From Trichoplax sp. H2 (taxonomy: Eukaryota), in assembly GCA_003344405.1 (NCBI GenBank), contig NOWV01000191.1:62001-126000 (forward strand): a stretch of DNA of 64,000 nt, in the 5' to 3' direction. Shown here one piece after another: positions 57,801-64,000 of the stretch. Below the pieces are notes generated by a model. That model had not been told where the DNA came from. It worked only from the letters and a program-made list of their open reading frames with translations, and did no database searches. The position numbers and the translations under genes were made by a program. Positions within the stretch are counted from its first letter, which is position 1, and each line of letters opens with the position of its first letter.

Positions 57801-60800
57801 AATTAATTGCCTGCGCACAGTAATGTTCGAGAGACTCTACTGTTCAATTGTACGTCAATTGAATAAAAATTTTAAAATATTATACAGACATGCAGACATA
57901 CAGACTATAACAATTGCTAGATTATGATAACGAACCTAAATACAATATAGTTCATCGATGTTAATTTGCAGCTTGCTTGCTTGCTACTACAGGAAAATAT
58001 CGGGGACAGTTTGAATATTCATTATAAGTGTAAATTTCGCTCATGTTCTTCGAAAAAGAAGCATCTATTGTATATTGACTAATTAGTGATTAGTATGAGT
58101 GATATTTCGCTATGAATTAGGACTAGAAGATGAGATTGATATCTGCTGTAAATTTTGCTTGCCCTATTCGAGTATCATTGTTAAGGAATTGATCTACGAT
58201 ATTACTTAATTAATTCTATCGGTAATCTGTGAGATCTCGTTGATCCTGACATAGCACTCTCATTGTATTGACGGTAAACTGATATTACTTCGATAAAGAT
58301 TTCTTAATCCTTGCAGGTTGAAACGGAATGTTATGTTATGATTTATGTAGCAGTAGGGATAGCCAGTTAATAACACTATTTTATAAACAATATTTACCGT
58401 AGAATTGATTAAGTGCTATATTAAAGTAAAATTACTGCAAATTGAAATTTATACAACCTGTTGATATTTTTATGACTGGTAATTGAGTTAATTATAGCTG
58501 CGGACATGCATTGCTTGCCATGACACTTTCCATTTCGTAATAATATCCTAGTAATAGATAGATATAAATGTAAACTTTGCTTTCAAAATAATGGTCATAA
58601 TATATTAGCATAAACAATCGTATGAATTATTCGCGAATGAGTTGTAGGCAAAGTGTTAATGATATCTTTTTCGATACAGGGAAATTATGTGGACCAATAT
58701 CGATTATATTCATCCCCAGGCATTTGAGAACTTAACTGGATTAACGGAAATGTAAGTGTAGTTCTAATGTTGTCGCAAGATCGATTTTTTATTTTTATGT
58801 CTTGCCGCCGTGAAGTATAGTTACCTGCTATAGATAACACCATATTCAGCTATACGAGAAATTAAACGCAGATGAGCTAATAGTATTCGTCTGATGATAT
58901 TTTTTATAGAGTTATTTATAAAAATCAGATTAAACTCTTTCCGAATATTTCTACGAATATTAATCTTGTCCAACTGTAAGTATCTAAATTTATCCAACTA
59001 GTATCGCTGTACTTATTTGTCTATAAATTTGATTTAAGTAATCATACCTTTATCTGAACTTTACTATTGATGCCAACTTTAGTGACTTAGGGGATAACCA
59101 AATCGAGTTTCCTATCAATAATACGCAAGGAACAAAGTTACCATCGACCCTGACACATTTAATTTTACTGAAGAATAAAATTAATTGGTTCCCTATTGAT
59201 TTATTGGCCGGATCAAAGCTGCAATATCTGTAAGTCTATTATTTAAAATGCGGTAGCCAATTTAAACCGTAAATAATGTAGTGTATTGTAATTATGAAAT
59301 GTAAATGTGTAATATTGTATTTATTTTTTGTGCAGGAGTTTAAGCTATAACCAAATGACATATTTCCCTGGTCACAAGTTTCAGGATATGACAGATTTAG
59401 TATACCTGTAAATCAACGATGTTCATTAGAAAGTTTTCTATCGCTACCGTTTGATATATTATACTGCAAACGATTAATAATAAATATAACTTCTCTTAAT
59501 TTAGTGGACTGGATGGAAATAATCTTACTTATGTGACTAAAGTTGATTTAGTGCAGTTTTCTGCAGTAGGCCATCCATTGCAGCACCTGTAAGTATACAT
59601 AGCTGTTGTGAGTCAATTTATGCAAAATGCGAATATTGGAATTTTATGTTTTCTGAAAATTTTAAAAATTGCTACACGAGTTAATCTACAATAATATGTA
59701 TGATCTTATTTCCTGCAGCAATTTAAGTAACAATCAAATCGATTACCTCGTACCGGAATCTTTTGCTCAGATCCCGAACTTAAGAGTTTTGTAAGTAAAG
59801 CTTATTAATTAAGTTTCTTAGATTAAGTAAATCTAATGCAATACAAATATGCTTCTTCACATATAGGGAGTTACAAAATAATTTGCTAAAAAGAATCGAT
59901 CAGAAGGTTTTTTGGAATCTTTTAGAATTGCTACACTTGTAAGAACCCTTCAAAATATATATAATGTTGATATCATTATAGTACATTATTTATCTTTAGT
60001 TATAAATTTAATCCTCCTCTTTTTATATGGTCTATTACCAGGGATCTGTTTGGAAATAGTATTAACGAAATTTCCAGTCAAGCATTCCGGAATCTACCAA
60101 AGCTCAGATGGCTGTGAGTTTTAACCTTTGATTTCCCGTAATTTACGACTAATTATCTAACACAGCTTAATGTCTGAATTTTTTATCCTTTCGATTGCAG
60201 AGGTATGCAAGGAAATAGTATTAGCTACGTACTGTACGACACCTTCCAACAAGTACCGAGTCTTACTGCAGTGTAAGCACATAACATGAAATTACGTTGA
60301 ACCTAAAATATTAATGGTGGCTGTAAATCCTGTAACTTTGTTACTGATTATATGTTCTCTGTAGGTCATGGAGTAATAATGCTTTGACGTCCTTTCCTCA
60401 CGCTGCATATGCCCAAGAAGATTGGAATGCCTTAGTCAGCTTGTAAGACAAAATTACACAATCTTGAAACTTTACGCACAAAATTTTCAAGATATATTGA
60501 AAAAATAACGGTAATGTTTTAACTTTATTTGCGTACAAAGTTGGATCGACGGCAATTCTATAACTAACGTCAGTCGCTTCGAGTCGAAACATTTCCTAGT
60601 TAACAATGGGCCTCATTATGAGTAATGATGTTATGTTATCTTTCTACCTTTATTCCGCAACAGCCTTCGGCAATTAATATTTTATATTTTATTTTCCACT
60701 ACAGGTACCAGCTAGTAAATCACGTACCTTTTTCAAAACTAAATGTTTTACAAAGCTTGTAAGCGTTTTCACTGTTGCGTTGTGTTTAATTTGGTAGCGA

Positions 60801-63800
60801 TTATTTTAAAGGATGGTTAGTCGATTCCACCTACTTATCGAATGCTTCTTGAATTCTTTGGTAGATACATGAGATCTAACTCCATAGGAGGAGTTGATAA
60901 AACCGAGTTTTGCCAGCTGCAAACACTTCGATTATTGTAGGATTTCGATTCTTCTAATATTCATTAGCTTTATCATTTATTTACTTACTGTTTGCGCTAA
61001 TGCAAGGTTTTTATACCGCTTATTAACACCAGGCGTCTTGACACCAATCTAATACAAAATTCTACGCTACATTCCGAAGCGTTTGCTTGCCTGCCTGTTC
61101 TCAATACATTGTTAGTTGTTGTGTAATTATTTTAAATTTGGACGTACTAAATAGGAATTTAATACACTCGACTTTTGCTCTATTTTCTGTAACTTTTTCA
61201 TGTTATTTATGTATGCAGATCAATGTCATCCAATCGATTTCAGTATTTGCCCCTTGCAATACAACATCAATGGCGTGTTCCGGCGTTAATAGAACTGTAA
61301 GAAGCAAATGACATGAGCTACACATTTCAGTATCTATTGAACTCTAAATAAAAGTACTATTATTTCAACTAAACTCGCTTGTAATTACCTTTGATTTACT
61401 AGTGACCTGAGTTCTAACAGAATTACCTATTTATTAAGAAATCATATGATTAACGTCACCACCCTGCAAATATTGTAAGTTCAGTTAGCCATTTAACAAG
61501 TGAATATAAAATACTACTATTACAGATGTGTTACAATATCGATTAACCTTTCCTCGTTTAAAATTTGTTACGAAATGAATTATGTCAATTCAGATACCAT
61601 ATAGCAAAAAGTAACAATCTCTTTACATTTGGCAGGTATTTGGACAGTAATCGGATATTAACAATTGAAAATGACACATTTCCAGTCTCACTTGTAACTC
61701 TGTACGTACCTCCTCGACGTAAATTGACTTCGTAAATTTCGTCTAACATTAGATATGACTATGCCAACTATTTCTTTCGTGAATATAATAAAGGACTGTA
61801 CGCAAATCGCCTTTCCGTTTAAACTATCATAAATATAATTTTTTATTTATCTTATACATAGGCACTTACAGAGCAACCAATTCGACTTTCAACACAAGTT
61901 ACCATTTACGAATCGCTCCAATTTGGTCACTTTGTAAGTAGCGATTGCTAGCTTTACGCCTTAGGATATTTTGTACTTAAACTGCTATTATGTATTATTT
62001 TGATACTCTGTTATTGTATAGATACCTACAAAACAACCAAATTAGTTACATTCCCAATGATGCCTTTCAAGGATGTACGGCTTTAAGTGATTTGTAAGTT
62101 GATGCATGATATCATAGGGCTAATCTATACGAGATAATGGTTAATGTCAATAATTTATTATATTCATATAAACATAAGGAATCTGTGTCACTGAAAATTA
62201 GTAGCTACAGTATCAATCGATTTAATTCATCATAATATTTAATGCTGACTAATATATTCGCAGGAGAATGTCTAATAACAAGATTGGTCGTATACTTTAT
62301 CCAATGTTTAGAGATACGAAACAATTGATTCGTTTGTAAGTCTATTCTTTTAACATTCATTCATATTTATCGATTTTAACTTTAGCGTACATAAGTCATA
62401 AAACAAGCTATCACCGAAAGGAGTTTTTTAAGAAGATTAAAATATAAATTACTCGCCAACATTTATTGTTAGTGTCTTAAATTATGTGACATTCATCATG
62501 ATCCATGTAGGCATCTACAGACAAACAGAATTGCATACATCGAAGACGGCTCATTCACCCATATTAACCGATATCCTGGGCATAGCATGGTTGATTTGTG
62601 AGTTGTTATCATGAAATTGAGCCATTATAAATTGTTAAAATATCCAATGGTAACTTTATTTATGCCATCGAAGAAATCGACCCACTTTTTAATTATAATG
62701 CTTATAAAATTCATAGCTTTCTAAATTCCAATGAACTAACTAAATTACCAGATGGTGGAGACTGGCATGACTTTGGTGCTACAAACATGTAAGTTGACTT
62801 AAGTGCTGACACATAAAATTGATGTTATAAAATGCCGTCCAAACACTATTTAAAAACCGATATTTAATAAATTATATGTACTGTATCATCTTTCTTGCAT
62901 TTAGATATTTCCAAAATAACAGAATAAATCACATTCAAAGTGATCTTTTCAAGAATGTAAAAAGCTGCAACACCATGTAAGTATTAGACTAATTGTAAAT
63001 TTAATTCTTTGTAACTGAATTGATAATTCAATCATATCGCAGACAAGAACTCATTTGATATTTCTTCCAACATTGCGTGGTTGTAATATCTTATATATTT
63101 GTCAAATTTTTATAATAGGAATTTTCGAACGAATGAGATTTACACAATTGATGGCTACGCTTTTAACGATGTTACCTGCAGCTACATGTAAGTTGAAGGC
63201 TTGCTAGATCAATCAGCCGTAGCTAGTAATTTCATATAATCTTCTTACTTGCTAAGTTTAAATTTTTATCATTCCTTAGCTACCTCGATTCAAATATCAT
63301 TCGAAATATTAGCAGCTACTCTTTCAATACGGTTTCAACAGTTGACTTGTATGTAATTAATACTTTTCTATTACATTAATAAGCTATTTATACTAAAACA
63401 TATCTATAATTTTAATTCGAAATTCATGTTCTTTTGATTTATCAATAAAATTTTACACCTGTAACGTAGTCATATTGACGATATGAAAATGCAGCAAATT
63501 CCAACTATGGCCTTCGTCAATTTCGGTTGTAGTGGCGAATGGTAAATTGCGATAGTGCTACTATAAGAAAATAAAACATCAAGAAATAAAGCATTTGTGA
63601 ACTGAATTAGTATTAAAGTATTGGAAATTAATTGTTAATTTTTAGTTACCTCGACAATAATGAAATCCATTATATTGCTGAAGACGCTTTTGCCCCTCTT
63701 ACAGCTGGCAGATTGTAAGTTAACTTGAATATGATTACCTTTTTAATTGATATTTTGCTAATCTTGTGTCGATATTGTTCTTAGACATTTGGAATATAAC

Positions 63801-64000
63801 CAATTAACAACGATAACCAATAAAATCTTTAAGGACGGAAGCTCAATTAATTATTTGTGAGTATATCTGATCAAACTTATTTTTAACTAATGTAATTACT
63901 GATTTGAAATCTAAATGGCCTTCTGTATATTTCAGCTACATGCACCGTAATAAATTGTCCGTCTTTTCGCCAAAGTCACTTTCTGGTATTACCGTTGGAA
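54811..64000 (+). CDS. Large extracellular leucine-rich-repeat protein with signal peptide and Cys-rich N-cap; 3' end beyond the window
   Basis: Exon 1 54811-55103 encodes signal peptide MSSCRNWPLLAILICTIVSTVQC and cap CPCANNC..LDC. About 30 phase-2 exons follow, e.g. 55727-55807, 58680-58751, 58910-58975, 59083-59229, 59336-59407, 59505-59588, 59719-59790, 59867-59938, 60042-60113, 60201-60272, 62717-62788 and 63936-64000 (partial). They encode LxxLxLxxNxI repeats such as LNLSNNQIDYLVPESFAQIPNLRV and LDLFGNSINEISSQAFRNLPKLRW. Confidence 0.93.

Overview
AT-rich, intron-containing animal genomic DNA with three 20-N gaps; compact short introns and gene content suggest an early-branching metazoan such as a placozoan (inferred, not shown). 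Manual GT-AG splicing gives eight protein genes: the 3' part of an RFX4/6-like transcription factor (+), REXO4 (-), kish/TMEM167 (+, missed by the ORF track), TMEM101 (-), CDC50/TMEM30 (+), a CPYC glutaredoxin (-), the Notch effector CSL/Su(H)/RBPJ (+, 724 aa), and the 5' part of a large secreted or surface LRR protein (+). The LRR gene has about 30 phase-2 exons and runs off the window. Best leads: a U12-type intron in CDC50; CtBP-like and PPxY motifs plus a promoter CSL site in Su(H); an N-acylated glutaredoxin; one-exon-per-LRR modular architecture; a TACAG/CTGTA motif cluster at promoters; and a probably heterozygous LTR-like insertion. No new biological system can be claimed with confidence.
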